Assembly: GCF_009914755.1 (NCBI RefSeq)
Contig: NC_060928.1
DNA: 64,000 nucleotides
Source: the human T2T-CHM13v2.0 reference genome, Homo sapiens
Reading direction: 5' to 3' (one strand)
A model generated the notes under the pieces. The model saw only the letters and a list, made by a program, of their open reading frames with translations. It was not told the DNA's origin and made no database searches. Shown here piece after piece: positions 61,390-64,000 of this stretch; within the stretch, counting starts at the first letter, position 1; each line of letters starts with the position of its first letter. Both the position numbers and the translations under genes were made by a program.

Positions 61390-62400
61390 TTTCTAGAGAG
61401 AGCTGAGAAGCAACAACACGCTAATAACAGTAAGTACATCTATAACCCAGATCTTGGTTTCTGAATATTAATCTTCACTAAAAGAAACCACGGCTCCTTA
61501 GAGAAATGACTGATTCTGGGGTTGATGAAGGGAAATAATGATAAGCTGGAATCTCTTGTTGCAACAGAGAGTGACAAAAGTTTTCGAATAATGATGGAAT
61601 CCTATCCAAAAGACACAGGAGGCTCTCATTGGCCAAACTCATTTCATTTGACTATCAAAATAAATAACTCTAATAGATTGTAATTCATTGAAAAAAAAGA
61701 ATCAATGAGTAAATTAATAGATAAATAAATAGAAAAAGTCTCCCTTAAAGGGGAATGTATACTAGTAAATATAGAGGGAATGATGAAGTAAGAAAATATC
61801 ATTGAATTACTTGAAGCTAAAGCTAATTAGGTGAATATTTGATGAGAAAAAAATTTATATATCATCTCAAAGTATCTCCCCACAAACTACTTACTAATTA
61901 CAAAGAGGAAAAGGAATAACTTCACACTGGAGAAGCTTTAATCAACCAATCAACATTAACACCTGCAATTTTAGGACAAACAACAACGTGCCTCCTGATG
62001 TGATGCACTGGGAATAGCACCATGTGTTCCTGTGGTATTCCTGCAGAAAAAGCAAAACTGGAATTTAATCTTGAGGAATCAGCAAACAAACCCACACTGA
62101 GGGACATTCCATAAAATAAGTGTCCTATAATTTTTTTAAATCTCAAGATTAAAAACAATGGTTGAGAAACTCTTTCAGATTGAAGTAATCTAGAGAACCA
62201 TGATAACAAGTCCAGTGGAGGGTCCTGGAGTGAGTGAGGAACCAAGGAAAAAATTGGGACAGCCAGCCAAAGCGAATATGGACCATGGATAATGTGATAT
62301 ATAGTATCAATATCACACGCCAAAATGGGATCATTGTACTATAGTTATGTCAGAGAATGTCCTTCTGGGGAAATACATGTGAAGAGAATATTTTTCTCAA
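61390..62400 (+). mobile_element. L1MC4-like 3' end
   Basis: cccagatcttggtttct...ggctccttagagaaatgactgattc; gtgcctcctgatgtgatgcactgg; cacactgagggacattc. Confidence 0.75.
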
Positions 62401-62799
62401 AATAATAGAAAACAAAACTTGAAAGAGATTTCTACTATATTCTATGTGGATGGAGTAAAAGAAGTAAAGTTAGAGAGTAGCACACTATTTTTTTCAATGT
62501 TTCCAATGACATTCAAAAATATAAGTAATGGGAAGATAGCCACATTTACAGTAATCTCTATTATCATTCTTAATAAAAAAAGTTTAATTATCCATGAAAG
62601 ACACTATTTACAACCCATATTTATTATTCTGCCTAAGATAGCAAATGTGTTTTTCAGTTTATGACAGGCAACCGATATTATTAGAAATTATAAAGAAGAC
62701 AAAAGTCAAATTTCATTTAAAATATCTGCTTTCAGTAAAGTGTCAAGCATTCTTAGACTTGAGCTAACATAAAAGATATTTGACTTTGAGTGATATTTT

Positions 62800-62905
62800 A
62801 CAGATACATGTACACATGTGTCTACATACATATGTATACATATACACACACATATATATACACACACATCCATGTTCATAAACACATATAAAATGCACAC
62901 ATTTA
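62800..62905. repeat. degenerate (TA/CA)n tract
   Basis: alternating purine-pyrimidine runs read directly. Confidence 0.7.
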
Positions 62906-63317
62906 AAGTAAACATTCTATTTTTTGAGATTTTTCTAAAGAAATAAGACCTCCAGAACAGTCAAAAGTAGACTACCACCACTTGGCACTCAACACTGGTA
63001 ACCCTGAAAGGATGAACGTTTGGAGATTTTTTGGTTTATTATATCTGAACGTGAAGGTATAGTATCTTGAAAAAGATAATGGCCTCTCCTGACCACAAAG
63101 CTCCTACAATTTATGGAAAAAATAAATAACTAATTGCATAATTCCTGAGTGCTTTTGTCTAATCTTGGGCTTAGTGCTGGTTGTTATTAAATATTTCCTG
63201 AATTACTCATGTAAGATACATCAAAAGTAACCAAAGAAGTTATTTTCAGCATCTTCAGAAGGTACATCAATTTTAAAATTTGCCATTTCTTAGTTCACCT
63301 TAAACCAGACGGATATT

Positions 63318-64000
63318 GTAAGAAAGGGAAATTTTTTCCTCTACCCTCGTAAGTTCAGTGGCTGGTGCCCTGCAAGTTAAACCTACAAAAGGGAGATTAA
63401 CAGGAAAAATCATTTATCACATATGCATATGAAGTCCTTCATAGAAAAAAAGCAAAGACCCAAAAAAGCAGTTAAACCCAGGGATACACAGCATTTTAAC
63501 ATAGAGCAACAAACTGTGGAAGTGACAAGATGAAGGAAAACAGGATTAGGCTTTTAAGGGTGGTTAATTGTGGGAAGGTAAATCTGTAGGAGAAACTAAT
63601 GAAAGATAAGGGTTGTTTAGTAAGGTCTGTTATTCAGATTCCTCTCAGTTGCTGTCTCTGGGCTGAGCCTAGGTCAAGCTTGTCCAATCCACTGCCTGTG
63701 GGCTACATGTGGCCCAGAATGGCTTTGAATGCAGCCCAACACAAATTCATAAACTTTCTTAAAAGGTTCTAAGTTTTTTTGTGATTTTTTTTTTCTCATC
63801 AGCTATTGTTAGTGTTAATGTTAGTGTATTTTATGTGTGGCCCAAGACAATTCTTCTTCTTCCACTGTGGCCCAGGGAAGCCAAAAGATTGGACACCCCT
63901 GGAGATCATCTCTGGTGATTACAAACCATTCTCCCTTTCCTGGCACAAGAGAAGGGAGAAGGTGGGGCACCTTCACGAAGGGAAATTTATGACCTGATTT
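63318..64000 (-). mobile_element. ERV1 LTR (MER34/MER90/LTR48-like), runs off the window end, interrupted by MER30
   Basis: tgtaagaaagggaaattttttcctctaccctc...agattaacagga; gataagggttgtttagtaagg; subfamily uncertain. Confidence 0.6.
63675..63901 (-). mobile_element. MER30 non-autonomous hAT DNA transposon
   Basis: TIRs caagcttgtccaa / ttggacacccctg; gtggcccagggaagccaaaagattgg; about 227 bp. Confidence 0.93.

Overview
AT-rich, repeat-dense primate genomic DNA. It is catarrhine or human-like because it carries AluJ/S/Y, THE1, L1PA and LTR9. I saw no human-specific AluYa5/Yb8, SVA or L1HS, so the species cannot be fixed. I find no convincing protein-coding gene, RNA gene, CpG island or CRISPR array; nearly all listed ORFs are Alu-antisense, L1, LTR or low-complexity artefacts. 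The window is an intergenic or deep-intronic mosaic of nested transposon fossils: about 16 Alus, old L1M/L1ME/L1MC elements, an L1MA, a twin-primed inverted L1PA, a full-length THE1, several solo LTRs, an ERV1 LTR+gag remnant, hAT and Tigger DNA transposons, MIRs and L2s. I cannot support a new biological system here. The most notable items are structural oddities of insertion (a trimeric Alu, an Alu+L1 fragment with no poly-A, an internally deleted L1MC) and a few candidate regulatory or splice motifs. Subfamily names come from my recall of consensus sequences, not a database search, and boundaries of old elements are approximate.
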